In this document: positions 1 to 9,505 of the stretch, piece after piece
Position numbering within the stretch: the first letter of the stretch is position 1
How the letters are laid out: every line of letters begins with the position of its first letter
Assembly (NCBI GenBank): GCA_027021705.1
Contig: JALUTT010000073.1
Coordinates: 1-64,000, forward strand
Direction of reading: 5' to 3'
From: Anaerolineae bacterium
GTDB lineage: Bacteria; Chloroflexota; Anaerolineae; S140-20
Length of the DNA stretch: 64,000 bases
Translations under genes and position numbers: made by a program
Notes under the pieces: generated by a model
What the model saw: the letters and a program-made list of their open reading frames with translations, nothing else
Database searches by the model: none
What the model was told of the DNA's origin: nothing

Positions 1-978
1 GCGGGGCTGGGAGGATTGGGGATTCCCCAGCACCGGCTCTTCCAGGCCGGTGCGATGGGCCGGGGGATTGCCCCGCCGTGAACCGGCGGGGCTGGGAGGA
101 TTGGGGATTCCCCAGCACCGGCTCTTCCAGGCCGGTGCGATGGGCCGGGGGATTGCCCCGCCGTGAACCGGCGGGGCTGGGAGGATTGGGGATTCCCCAG
201 CACCGGCTCTTCAGGCCGGTGCGATGGGCCGGGGGATTGCCCCGCCGTAGAACCGGCGGGGCTGGGAGGATTGGGGATTCCCCAGCACCGGCTCTTCCAG
301 GCCGATGCGATGGGCCGGGGGATTGCCCCGCCGTGCCCCGGCGGGGCTGGGCTCATGATGGGCCGGGGGATTGCCCCGCCGTGCCCCGGCGGGGCTGGGC
401 GCATCCCCCAGCACCGGCTCTTCCAGGCCGGTGCGATGGGCCGGGGGATTGCCCCGCCGTGCCCCGCCGTGAACCGGCGGGGCAGGGAGGATTGGGGATT
501 CCCCAGCACCGGCTCTTCCAGGCCGGTGCGATGGGCCGGGGGATGCCCCGCCGTGAACCGGCGGGGCTGGGCGCATCCCCCAGCACCGGCTCTTCCAGGC
601 CGGTGCGATGGGCCGGGGGATTGCCCCGCCGTAGAACAGGCGGGGCTGGGAGGATTGGGGATTCCCCAGCACCGGCTCTTCCAGGCCGGTGCGATGGGCC
701 GGGGGATTGCCCCGCCGTAGAACAGGCGGGGCTGGGCTCATGATGGGCCGGGGGATGCCCCGCCGTGAACCGGCGGGGCTGGGCTCATGATGGGCCGGGG
801 GGTGCCCCGCCGTGAACCGGCGGGGCTGGGCTCATCCCCCAGCACCGGCTCTTCCAGGCCGGTGCGATGCCGTCCATCCCCCAGCACCGGCTCTTCAGGC
901 CGGTGCTGGACCGCCCCGCCCCCAGCACCGGCTCTTCAGGCCGGTGCTGGACCGCCCGCGCTTCCAGACCGGTGCGAT
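1..978. repeat. Tandem array of ~85-bp GC-rich palindromic units (REP/BIME-like), degenerating towards the right and truncated by the window edge
   Basis: Unit GCGGGGCTGG... recurs at 1, 86, 171; each unit has hairpins GCACCGGC-TCTTCCAG-GCCGGTGC and GCCCCGCCG-TGAAC-CGGCGGGGC. Confidence 0.9.
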
Positions 979-989
979 CTGAAAACACC

Positions 990-1019
990 GAGGGCGCTGA
1001 TGAGTTCATCAGCGCCCTC
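990..1019 (-). terminator. Perfect 14-bp inverted repeat, probable terminator of the sugar transferase gene
   Basis: GAGGGCGCTGATGA-GT-TCATCAGCGCCCTC, followed on the minus strand by GGTGTTTT, 40 nt after the stop codon. Confidence 0.6.
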
Positions 1020-1058
1020 ACTACCTTCAGGGATTCAGCGACTCAAGGGATTCGCGCG

Positions 1059-2537
1059 TCAATAGGCCCCCCGCTTTTTCAGGACCGCCGGCACCGTCTG
1101 GAAGAGGATCTGGAGGTCGAGCCAGATGGAGTAGTTGCGGATGTAGTGCATGTCCATTCGGACCCGCTCCTCGTAGCTCACGTCGGAGCGCCCGCTGACC
1201 TGCCAGAGGCCGGTGATGCCGGGCTTGACCGTGAGCAGGTTCATCCGCCACTTGCCGTACTTGGCCGTCTCCTCGGCAGTGATCATCCGGGGGCCGACCA
1301 GGCTCATCTCGCCCCGCAGGACGTTGATCAGCTGGGGCAACTCGTCCAGGCTGGTCCGGCGGAGGAAGCGGCCCACTCGGGTGACACGGGGATCGTCCTT
1401 GAGCTTGAAGTTCCTCCGGTACTCTTCCAGCAGTTCGGGGTGCTGAGCCAGGATCTCGTCGCCGTTGACGTACATCGTGCGGAACTTGAGAGCATCGAAG
1501 GGGCGGCCTCCTACGCCGATGACCCGCCGGCGGTAGAAGATCGGGCCGGGCGAGTCTCGCTTGATGGCGATGGCGATGATCAGGAAGAGGGGCCAGAGGG
1601 CCAGCAGGGCCAGCGTCGCCAGGGTGTAGTCCAGAACGGTCTTGAGCACCACGTCCAGGCCCGTCAGCCGCACCTTGTTGACGCTCAACAGGGGGATGTT
1701 GCCGATCTCCTTCACCCGCAGGCCGGTGGTCATAATCTCGAAGAGGCCAGAAGAGAGCCGGACGTTCACATCCTCGGAGGTGCCGAAGGTCTGGAAGAGG
1801 GCCAGGAGCCTCTCGCGGGGCAGGGCTGTCGAGGCCACCACCACCTCCTGGACGCCGAAGCGGTGGACCATCGTGCGGGCGGCGGCGGTGGGGCCCAGGA
1901 CCCGCAGACCGGGCAGCACTTCGGTCCCCTCGGGATGGTGATCGTCCAGGAAGCCGGCCAGCCAGACGCCGGCCTTGGGATTGTTCATCAACTGCTCGGC
2001 GATGGCGATCCCTTCCTCGTTGGCTCCGACGATGAGCATCGCCGTCAGGAAGCGCCCCTTGGTCCGCATCCGGTAGACGACTCGGCGCAGCGTGAACCGC
2101 CCCACCGCGACGCTCCCTGTCACCAACACCCAGGAGAGAAGCAGCCAGCCCCGGGCGATCTGGAGGTCAGGGTAGAGGAAGCTGGCGACGATGACCGCCA
2201 TCATCCCCGTGGTGCAGGCGTTGAAGATGTGAGCGTACTCCCGGGTCCCCCCGAAGAGGATGTGGAAGTCGTACAGTTGAAAGGCGGCGAAGATCAGGAG
2301 CCAGAGGGGGATCAGCCAGAAGACCAGCCGGGAGTAGAAGTCCACCACCGATTGCTCGTGGACGTAGAAGAGGGGAAAACCGCTCTCAAAGCGGATCAGA
2401 TAGGCCAGGAGGAATCCCAACGCCACCGCCACCACGTCGGTGGCGAAGAGGGCGATCAGCAACAGCTTCTCTTCAGCCCAACGCGCATTGGTGACGACGG
2501 GAAGGGGATGGATGCGTGCTTCCGTGGAACCGATCAT
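1059..2537 (-). CDS. Polyprenyl-phosphate glycosylphosphotransferase (WcaJ/WbaP-like priming sugar transferase)
   Basis: N-terminal TM helices, IVGA Rossmann-like motif, [49 protein letters not shown]; start placed at ATG 2537 after GAGGTG. Confidence 0.93.
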   Translation of the reverse strand: MIGSTEARIHPLPVVTNARWAEEKLLLIALFATDVVAVALGFLLAYLIRFESGFPLFYVHEQSVVDFYSRLVFWLIPLWLLIFAAFQLYDFHILFGGTREYAHIFNACTTGMMAVIVASFLYPDLQIARGWLLLSWVLVTGSVAVGRFTLRRVVYRMRTKGRFLTAMLIVGANEEGIAIAEQLMNNPKAGVWLAGFLDDHHPEGTEVLPGLRVLGPTAAARTMVHRFGVQEVVVASTALPRERLLALFQTFGTSEDVNVRLSSGLFEIMTTGLRVKEIGNIPLLSVNKVRLTGLDVVLKTVLDYTLATLALLALWPLFLIIAIAIKRDSPGPIFYRRRVIGVGGRPFDALKFRTMYVNGDEILAQHPELLEEYRRNFKLKDDPRVTRVGRFLRRTSLDELPQLINVLRGEMSLVGPRMITAEETAKYGKWRMNLLTVKPGITGLWQVSGRSDVSYEERVRMDMHYIRNYSIWLDLQILFQTVPAVLKKRGAY

Positions 2538-2692
2538 AGACCACACCTCATCAATGGAGCTTCCTTGCTCAGCGATTTCGAGTCCTATTCTAGGGCAAAG
2601 AGGTTAAACGGGTGTATCAGGCAAGTTAAAACCTGGTAAAAAAGGGGGATGGGCTCCCAGAGCCGGGTGACCGGCGCAGCGGGGATGGAGCA

Positions 2693-2721
2693 TTGACAAC
2701 GGAGGAACGATGGGCTATACT
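2693..2721 (+). promoter_or_regulatory. sigma70-type promoter
   Basis: TTGACA-17 nt-TATACT. Confidence 0.75.
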
Positions 2722-2857
2722 GAGGGAGCGAGCAACCAGGGCGGCTTCCATACCGGCGGATCGAGAGCGTGGCGGGACCTCCTCCCCCCTGGTGTCCCGG
2801 CCCACGAGCCGGTAAATGTCCCAACCCTATCGAATATCAGGAGAAGGAGGAAGCACG

Positions 2858-3547
2858 ATGTCCATCAAAGTCACCTGGTACGGTCACGCGGCCTTTGGCG
2901 TCGAGATCAACGGCACAAAGCTGCTCATTGACCCCTTCCTGACGGGCAATCCGGCGGCCTCGGTGGGCCCCGACGACGTGGAAGCGGACTACATCTTGGT
3001 CTCCCACGGCCATGGGGACCACGTGGGCGATGCGGTGGCCATCGCCAAGCGGACCGGGGCGACGATTATCAGCAACTTCGAGATCAGCACCTGGTTCCAG
3101 GCCCAGGGCATCCCGGCTGAGAAGGTCCACCCCCAGCACATCGGCGGCGGGTTCCAGTACCCCTTCGGCTACGTGAAGCTGACCATCGCCCACCATGGCT
3201 CCGGTCTTCCCGACGGCAGCTACGGCGGGAACCCAGCCGGCTTCCTCATCACCGCTGAGGAGAAGAAGCTCTACTTCGCCTGCGACACCGGCCTCTTCTA
3301 CGACATGAAGCTGATCGGCGAGGAGGGGATTGACCTGGCGCTACTGCCCATCGGCGACAACTTCACGATGGGGCCGGAGGATGCGCTGCGGGCGGTGAAG
3401 CTGATCCAGCCCAAGGTGGTCATTCCCATCCACTATAACACCTGGGACCTGATCGCTCAAGACCCTAACTCCTGGGCCAGCCGGGTGGAGGCGGAGACGG
3501 AGACGAAGGTTGTGGTCCTCCAGCCCGGCGACTCCTACGAACTGTAG
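2858..3547 (+). CDS. UPF0173 metal-dependent hydrolase (metallo-beta-lactamase fold)
   Basis: WYGHA, IDPF, SHGHGDH, DTGLF, PIGDNFTMGP, PIHYNTW; RBS AAGGAGG before ATG 2858. Confidence 0.92.
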   Translation: MSIKVTWYGHAAFGVEINGTKLLIDPFLTGNPAASVGPDDVEADYILVSHGHGDHVGDAVAIAKRTGATIISNFEISTWFQAQGIPAEKVHPQHIGGGFQYPFGYVKLTIAHHGSGLPDGSYGGNPAGFLITAEEKKLYFACDTGLFYDMKLIGEEGIDLALLPIGDNFTMGPEDALRAVKLIQPKVVIPIHYNTWDLIAQDPNSWASRVEAETETKVVVLQPGDSYEL

Positions 3548-3554
3548 TCCGGGC

Positions 3555-3677
3555 GTAACTGTTCACCCTCCCGCAGGTCAGGCGCGTTTCCGACTCGAAA
3601 CCGTGTTTCAAATAGCCCATCGGGGCTGAAAGCGCCCTCGACCGGTGACCTGCGGGAGGGTAGGCTGAACAGGGGAC
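3555..3677 (+). mobile_element. MITE-B copy 1 (122-bp family; degenerate right end, no clear TSD)
   Basis: Near-identical to 3735-3856, 30377-30498 (reverse) and 57365-57486; begins GTAACTGTTCA. Confidence 0.8.
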
Positions 3678-3682
3678 AACAG

Positions 3683-3711
3683 GCAGCCCTGGAACCCCGT
3701 TCCAGGGCTGC
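3683..3711. other. Perfect 13-bp hairpin between the two MITE-B copies (terminator or processing stem; no U-tract)
   Basis: GCAGCCCTGGAAC-CCC-GTTCCAGGGCTGC. Confidence 0.5.
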
Positions 3712-3734
3712 TCCAGCTTGAGTCTCACCGGGCT

Positions 3735-3856
3735 GTAGCTGTTCACCCTCCCGCAGGTTAGGCGCGTTTCCGACGCGAAACCGTGGGTCAAATAGCCCAT
3801 CGGGGCTGAAAGCGCCCTCGACCGGTAACCTGCGGGAGGGTAGGCTGAATAGGTAC
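3735..3856 (+). mobile_element. MITE-B copy 2 with perfect 8-bp TSD
   Basis: Ends GTAGCTGTTCA...TGAATAGGTAC; ACCGGGCT at 3727-3734 and 3857-3864. Confidence 0.88.
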
Positions 3857-3888
3857 ACCGGGCTATCCAAAAGGGAAAGGAAGCAGGT

Positions 3889-4131
3889 ATGGCGGTACAA
3901 GTGACCCAGGCGCAGGTCGTCTTTCGACGATGGGATACATCCAGCGGTTTGACCGAGACGGTGATCTCCATTCGCTCCCTAGAAGAGTTGTTCGCCCGCT
4001 GTCTGGAGCTGGGCGAGGGGCGGCTGGTGGACCGGGTGATCATTGATGGCGTGGATGAGGAGGGCAGCCGGCGGCGGTTGACGTTGGCCTTCCACGCCGT
4101 CACGGTCTCCTCTCCACCCGCGTCCCCCTGA
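3889..4131 (+). CDS. Small hypothetical protein (80 aa)
   Basis: RBS AAGGAAG, ATG start, protein-like composition, operonic with the downstream phosphomutase. Confidence 0.7.
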   Translation: MAVQVTQAQVVFRRWDTSSGLTETVISIRSLEELFARCLELGEGRLVDRVIIDGVDEEGSRRRLTLAFHAVTVSSPPASP

Positions 4132-4158
4132 TTGCTGCGAGAGGGAGGGAAGGACACG

Positions 4159-5592
4159 ATGAGCATACGATTTGGCACCGACGGCTGGCGGGCGGTGATC
4201 TCGGACACCTTCACCTTTGCCAACCTGCGGCTGGTGGCCCAGGCCATCGCCGACTACGTGTGGGAAGAAGCGAAGACCGATCGGCCAGAGGTTGTCGTGG
4301 GGTTCGACACCCGCTTCCTCTCCGACCGCTACGCGGCCGAGGTGGCCCGCGTGCTGGCGGGGAACGGCATCGTTGCCTGGCTGACCCGGGCCGATGCGCC
4401 CACACCGGCAGTCTCCTACGCCGTCGTCCACAAGGAGGCGGTCGCCGGGGTGATGATCACGGCCAGTCACAACGCGCCACGCTATAACGGCGTCAAGCTC
4501 AAGGCGGCCTATGGCGGCTCCGTCGGCCCGGAGGAGGCGCGTCGGGTCGAAGCCCACTTGGAAGCGATGGAGGAGGCAGCCCGGGGCCCCAACATTATGG
4601 ACTACCAGGCGGCCCTGGACCAGGGGCTGATCCGCCGCTTTGACCCCGCCTGGCCCTACTACGAGCACCTGAGCCGGCTGGTGGACCTGGACGTGATCTC
4701 GGCGGGGGAGCTGCGGGTGGTCGCCGACCCGATGTACGGTTCGGGCCGGGGGTGCATCAAGGAAATCCTGGCCCGCACCCGCTGCCACGTCTACGAGATC
4801 CGGGGGGAGATGAACCCCGGCTTTGGCGGCATCCACCCAGAGCCCATCGCCCGCTACCTCCGGGCCCTGGCCTCGGCGATCCAGGCCGGCCACGGACAGA
4901 TCGGCATCGCCACCGACGGCGACGGTGACCGGGTCGGGGCGATGGACGGGCGCGGCAACTTCGTGGACCCTCATCACATCTTCGCCCTGGCCCTTCGCTA
5001 TTTGGTGGAGGAGCGAGGCTGGCGAGGGGCGGTCGTCAAGACCGTCTCCACGACGATGATGGTGGACCGGCTGGCCCGGCAGTATGACCTCCCCCTCTAC
5101 GAGACCCCCGTCGGCTTCAACCACATCGCCGACATCATGCTGGAGAACGAGGTGCTCATCGGCGGGGAGGAGTCGGGCGGGATGAGCATCAAGGGCCACA
5201 TCCCCGAGGGAGACGGCATCCTGATGGGGCTGCTGCTGTTGGAGATCGTCGCCAAGGCGGGTGTCTCCCTTCACGAGCTGGTTGCCGACTTGCAGGCCAC
5301 GGTGGGGCCGGCCCACTACGCCCGGAGGGACCTCCGGCTGCGTCATCCCGTCACCAAACGGGAGATGGTCGCCCGCCTCACCGAAGAGGCCCCCGACCGC
5401 CTGGGGGGCGTCGAGGTGACCCAGGTGGAGACGACGGACGGGGTGAAGTACCGGCTGGCCGACGAGAGCTGGCTGCTGATCCGTCCCTCGGGCACCGAGC
5501 CGGTCCTGCGGGTCTATGCGGAAGCGCCGGAACCGGGAATGGTGAAGACGCTGCTGGCCTACGGCGAGGAGGTGGCTGCGATGGAGCGCTAG
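4159..5592 (+). CDS. Phosphoglucomutase/phosphomannomutase family protein
   Basis: FGTDGWR, TASHN, DGDGDR, GEESGG, RPSGTEP motifs. Confidence 0.95.
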   Translation: MSIRFGTDGWRAVISDTFTFANLRLVAQAIADYVWEEAKTDRPEVVVGFDTRFLSDRYAAEVARVLAGNGIVAWLTRADAPTPAVSYAVVHKEAVAGVMITASHNAPRYNGVKLKAAYGGSVGPEEARRVEAHLEAMEEAARGPNIMDYQAALDQGLIRRFDPAWPYYEHLSRLVDLDVISAGELRVVADPMYGSGRGCIKEILARTRCHVYEIRGEMNPGFGGIHPEPIARYLRALASAIQAGHGQIGIATDGDGDRVGAMDGRGNFVDPHHIFALALRYLVEERGWRGAVVKTVSTTMMVDRLARQYDLPLYETPVGFNHIADIMLENEVLIGGEESGGMSIKGHIPEGDGILMGLLLLEIVAKAGVSLHELVADLQATVGPAHYARRDLRLRHPVTKREMVARLTEEAPDRLGGVEVTQVETTDGVKYRLADESWLLIRPSGTEPVLRVYAEAPEPGMVKTLLAYGEEVAAMER

Positions 5593-5614
5593 GAGGCGCC
5601 GGTGCCGTCCTGCC

Positions 5615-5643
5615 TTGACGTTCCGGCGGGAGCGTGGTACATT
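5615..5643 (+). promoter_or_regulatory. sigma70-type promoter of the glycosylation locus
   Basis: TTGACG-17 nt-TACATT with TG extension. Confidence 0.6.
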
Positions 5644-5695
5644 TCTGTTCCATCCGGTCCCGCTAGCGGCAGAGCCTTCTCTGCCGGGAGTGCTG

Positions 5696-6652
5696 ATGAA
5701 GCTGATCATTCAGATCCCGTGCTACAACGAGGAGGCCACGCTCCCCCTCACGGTACAAGACCTCCCCCGTTCCTTGCCCGGCGTAGACGAGATCGAGTTG
5801 CTGGTGATTGATGACGGCAGCACGGACCGCACCATAGAAGTGGCCCGGGAGTTGGGCGTGGACCACATCGTGCGGCTGGGCCAGCATCGGGGGCTGGCGA
5901 CCGCTTTCCTGAAGGGGCTTGAGGCGGCCCTGGTGGCCGGGGCCGACATCATCGTGAACACTGACGCGGACAACCAGTATCGGGGGGAGGACATCGCCCG
6001 GCTGGTCGAGCCCATCCTGGCCGGCCAAGCGGACGTCGTCGTCGGCGACCGGGGTGTGGCCAGCGTGCCTACTTTCTCCCCGCTGAAGCGGTACCTGCAG
6101 CAGTTGGGAAGCTGGGTGGTGCAACAGGCGGCGGGCGTCTCCATCCCCGATGCGACCAGCGGCTTCCGAGCCTTGAGCCGGGAGGCGGCCCTGCGCACCA
6201 TCGTCCTCAGCGAGTACTCCTACACGCTGGAGACCCTGATCCAGGCGGGGGCGCGGCGGATGGCGGTGAAGTACGTGCCGGTGCGGGTGAATCCCCAGAC
6301 CCGGCGCTCCCGGCTGATGCGGAACATCCCTCACTACCTGGTCAATTCAACGGCGACGATCTTGCGCACCTACACGATGTACCGACCGCTACGGGTCTTC
6401 CTCACGGTGGGCACCCTGATGAGCCTGGGGGGGATCGCCCTGGGCGTTCGCTTCCTGTACTACTTCTTCACCAGCGGCGGGCAGGGGCACGTCCAGTCCT
6501 TGATCCTGGCGGCGATCCTCATCATCGTCGGCTTCCAGGTCTGTCTGATCGGCCTGGTGGCCGACCTGATCGGGTTCAACCGCAAGATCCTGGAGGAGAC
6601 CCTCTACCGGCTGCGACGGATGGAGTTGGAGCAACAGGAGAAGCAGGGCTAG
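5696..6652 (+). CDS. Glycosyltransferase family 2 (DPM1-like, two C-terminal TM helices)
   Basis: [30 protein letters not shown]. Confidence 0.92.
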   Translation: MKLIIQIPCYNEEATLPLTVQDLPRSLPGVDEIELLVIDDGSTDRTIEVARELGVDHIVRLGQHRGLATAFLKGLEAALVAGADIIVNTDADNQYRGEDIARLVEPILAGQADVVVGDRGVASVPTFSPLKRYLQQLGSWVVQQAAGVSIPDATSGFRALSREAALRTIVLSEYSYTLETLIQAGARRMAVKYVPVRVNPQTRRSRLMRNIPHYLVNSTATILRTYTMYRPLRVFLTVGTLMSLGGIALGVRFLYYFFTSGGQGHVQSLILAAILIIVGFQVCLIGLVADLIGFNRKILEETLYRLRRMELEQQEKQG

Positions 6653-6671
6653 AGGGAGCGAGAGAGGCGGC

Positions 6672-7463
6672 GTGGACGGGGCTGCAGTTTCTTCGGAGGG
6701 CGTAGACGAGCGACGGGCACGGGCTCTGGCGGCAGCGGAGGCGTGCATCGCCCTGCTCAAGGAGCGCTTCGGAGCCCGCCGGGTTATCCTGTTTGGGTCC
6801 CTGGCGGGGGAGGGGCCTTGGCACAGCCGGTCGGACATTGATCTGGCCGTCGAGGGGCTGGCCGACGAGGAGTTCTTCGCGGCCTATGCGGCCTGCCGGG
6901 ACCTGTTGCCCCCGGACCTGGAACTGGACCTGATCCCCCTGGAGGACGCCTATCCGGAGATGCAGGCCCGCATTTTTGGGGAGGTGCCGATGCCTGATGA
7001 CCCCGTGCAGGCGTTGAGGGCGGTGGTCGAGGATGAGCTGGTCGCCCTGGATCGGGTGACCCAGAGGATGGAAGAGCTTCTGAGCGAGCGCAGCCAACCG
7101 CCGACGTGGGTCGAGCTCTACGCCATCGCCGGGATGCTGCACGAGTTCTACAACGGCGTGGAGCGCATCTTCGAGCGCATCGCGGTCAGCCTGGGGGAGA
7201 GCCTGCCCCGGGGTGCCCATGGGCACGCCGACCTGCTGGTCCAGATGGCGACGCCTGTGGAGGGCGGGCGACCTGCCGTCATTGACGACGCCCTGCGGGC
7301 CAGGCTGGAGGAGTACCTCCGCTTTCGCCATTTCTTCCGTCACGCCTACGGCTACACGCTGGAGTGGAACCGACTGCGCTGGCAGGCCGAGCATCTGAGG
7401 GAAACCTTTGCCACTTTGCGCGAGCGGCTACGGGCCTTCTTCGACCGTTTGGAGCAGGGCTGA
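6672..7463 (+). CDS. Fused minimal nucleotidyltransferase (MNT) and HEPN RNase (type VII toxin-antitoxin-like)
   Basis: N-half LFGSLA...SDIDLAV; C-half LHEFYNGVERIF and FRHFFRHAY (RX4HXY). Confidence 0.85.
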   Translation: MDGAAVSSEGVDERRARALAAAEACIALLKERFGARRVILFGSLAGEGPWHSRSDIDLAVEGLADEEFFAAYAACRDLLPPDLELDLIPLEDAYPEMQARIFGEVPMPDDPVQALRAVVEDELVALDRVTQRMEELLSERSQPPTWVELYAIAGMLHEFYNGVERIFERIAVSLGESLPRGAHGHADLLVQMATPVEGGRPAVIDDALRARLEEYLRFRHFFRHAYGYTLEWNRLRWQAEHLRETFATLRERLRAFFDRLEQG

Positions 7464-7472
7464 GGGAGGGCT

Positions 7473-8585
7473 ATGCAGTTTGTCCTTATAGGGCCGGTCC
7501 ACCCCTATCGAGGGGGTATTGCCCATTACACTACTATGCTCTATCGGGCGTTGCAGGAAGGCGGGCATGAGGTGCTCCTCATTTCGTTTAAACGGCAGTA
7601 CCCTCAATGGCTCTTCCCTGGCCGCAGTGACAAAGATCCTAGCAGGGAACCGTTGAAAGCAGAGGGGGCGCAGTATTGGATTGACTCCTTGAACCCGATC
7701 ACGTGGTTGGTGACTTTTTTGCGAATCCGCCGTTATCGTCCCGACGCGATCATTCTTCAATGGTGGACGACATTTTGGGTACCGGCGTGGTTTGTACTAG
7801 GGGTGCTTAATCGGCTCTTTTTGCGGCGACCGCTCGTTTACATCTGCCACAACGTGCTGCCCCATGAGGCGAAATGGCAAGACCCGTGGTTGGCGCGGTT
7901 GGTGCTGCGTTGGGGGACACAGTTCATCGTCCAGTCTGAAGAAGAGAGAGCACGCCTCATTTCACTAGTGCCTAGTGCCCAGGCTGCCGTTGTTCCTCAT
8001 CCTGTATACGATATGTTCGCCGATGGGCGAATTGCCAAGAAGGAAGCTCGAGAACGGCTTGGACTACCTCAGAACGTGCCGGTATTGCTGTTCTTCGGGA
8101 TTGTCAGGGAGTACAAGGGCCTACGAGACCTCCTTAAAGCAATGCCAGAGGTTAGAGCCCAGCTAGGGGATGTGAAGCTAGTCATCGCTGGCGAATTCTG
8201 GGAGAACAAGGAATCCTACCTGGGCTTGATTGAGGAGTTGGGGATCCGCAATTCGGTGGTAATCGAGGACCGCTACATCCCGAACGAGGAGATCGCGCTC
8301 TACTTCTCGGCGGCAGACGTACTGGTTGCTCCTCATCGGCGGATGACGGGGAGCGGGGTGGTACAGATGGCGAGGGGCTTTGGGGTGCCGGTGATAGGCT
8401 TGTCTTCTTCTTACGGGGAGAAGCAAGGGCCTTCCAATAGAGCGAAAATCCTCGCGGAGGCTGTGGTAAGGTGGTTCTTGGAAGGACAAGATGGCGACCT
8501 GGAAGGTCCAGTCGAGAATGCGTGGGATAGCATGACTTGGCTGGAGGTGGTGACCACTTTTGAAAGGACGTTGGGTCCTGTTTGA
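7473..8585 (+). CDS. Glycosyltransferase family 4
   Basis: GPVHPYRGGIAHY, FFGIVREYKG, YFSAADVLV. Confidence 0.88.
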   Translation: MQFVLIGPVHPYRGGIAHYTTMLYRALQEGGHEVLLISFKRQYPQWLFPGRSDKDPSREPLKAEGAQYWIDSLNPITWLVTFLRIRRYRPDAIILQWWTTFWVPAWFVLGVLNRLFLRRPLVYICHNVLPHEAKWQDPWLARLVLRWGTQFIVQSEEERARLISLVPSAQAAVVPHPVYDMFADGRIAKKEARERLGLPQNVPVLLFFGIVREYKGLRDLLKAMPEVRAQLGDVKLVIAGEFWENKESYLGLIEELGIRNSVVIEDRYIPNEEIALYFSAADVLVAPHRRMTGSGVVQMARGFGVPVIGLSSSYGEKQGPSNRAKILAEAVVRWFLEGQDGDLEGPVENAWDSMTWLEVVTTFERTLGPV

Positions 8586-8605
8586 TAGCCAACTTGGGGG
8601 GCTGT

Positions 8606-9505
8606 ATGCCGGTTAGGTATTTGTCCATCATAATCCCCAACCTGAACTCCCCCATCATCAACCGCACATTGGCCGCGTTACGGTCCCAACGCCTCCACTC
8701 GGAAAGCCTGGAGGTCATCGTTGTAGGCCGAGACGAGATGGGGCTGGTCAGAGAAGACTCGGTGGTCCGCTTTATGGACACCGGGGAACCCGTATCTCCG
8801 GCGGTTGCTCGAAACTGGGGGATTGAGCAAGCAAAGGGCGATCTCATCTGCCTGTTGGATGCCGATTGCATTCCTTCTGAAGATTGGCTCTTCTATCTGC
8901 TGGCTCCTTACGCAGATCCGACAGTCACCATTGTGGGAGGCGGTGTCACTTTTCCTCCGTCGCCTTACTGGCGGCTCGCCGATAATCTGGCGACCTTCTA
9001 TCCATATCTATCCAGCACTCCACCTGGCGAGCGAGACCTGTTGCCGACGATCAACCTGAGCTTTCGCCGGCAAGTATGGGAGGAAGTGGGACCTTTTGAT
9101 GAACGCTATCCTGTTGGCGAAGATTCCGACTGGAGCACGAGGGCTAGGCTGGCCGGCCATCGTTTGCTTTTCGAGCCGCGTGCTGTGGTTACGCACCTTC
9201 CGACTCGCACGACGTTTAAGGACCTATGGCGGCACGCGGCCACCTTTGGGCAGTACTCCATCAAAGTAGATGAGCGATATTGGTCCGTGTTGGGGCAGCC
9301 TCTCGTCTTCAAGCATTGGGGACTGACCTTGCTGATGGCACCCGTGATGGCAGCATGGGTGACCGCTCGGGTCTTCTGGAATCCCCGTTCCTGGAAATAC
9401 GTCCATACTTTGCCTGCCGTTCTCCTGGCGAAGATCGGCTGGTGTTGGGGAGCATCCAAGCGCCTACGTGGAGAGGTCATCTGGAATGATCCATCCGCTG
9501 CCTAG
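8606..9505 (+). CDS. Glycosyltransferase family 2
   Basis: SIIIP, ARNWG, LDADC, GEDSDW; start uncertain (8582 or 8606). Confidence 0.88.
   Translation: MPVRYLSIIIPNLNSPIINRTLAALRSQRLHSESLEVIVVGRDEMGLVREDSVVRFMDTGEPVSPAVARNWGIEQAKGDLICLLDADCIPSEDWLFYLLAPYADPTVTIVGGGVTFPPSPYWRLADNLATFYPYLSSTPPGERDLLPTINLSFRRQVWEEVGPFDERYPVGEDSDWSTRARLAGHRLLFEPRAVVTHLPTRTTFKDLWRHAATFGQYSIKVDERYWSVLGQPLVFKHWGLTLLMAPVMAAWVTARVFWNPRSWKYVHTLPAVLLAKIGWCWGASKRLRGEVIWNDPSAA

Noticed and set aside
1..1021. ORFs 78..743, 163..720, 211..741 and neighbours; the array as a CRISPR
   Set aside because: These are translations of a GC-rich tandem repeat; the units lack unique spacers and no cas genes are present.
867..2639. 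Long antisense or alternative-frame ORFs (also 3979..5709, 33508..34989, 42292..43725, 47554..49239)
   Set aside because: They are shadows of well-supported genes, as expected in high-GC DNA.
3555..3856. MITE-B as a hammerhead ribozyme, or the two adjacent copies as a mini CRISPR array
   Set aside because: CGAAAC is present but there is no CTGANGA core; the whole 122-bp unit is repeated and copy 2 has its own TSD, so these are separate insertions.
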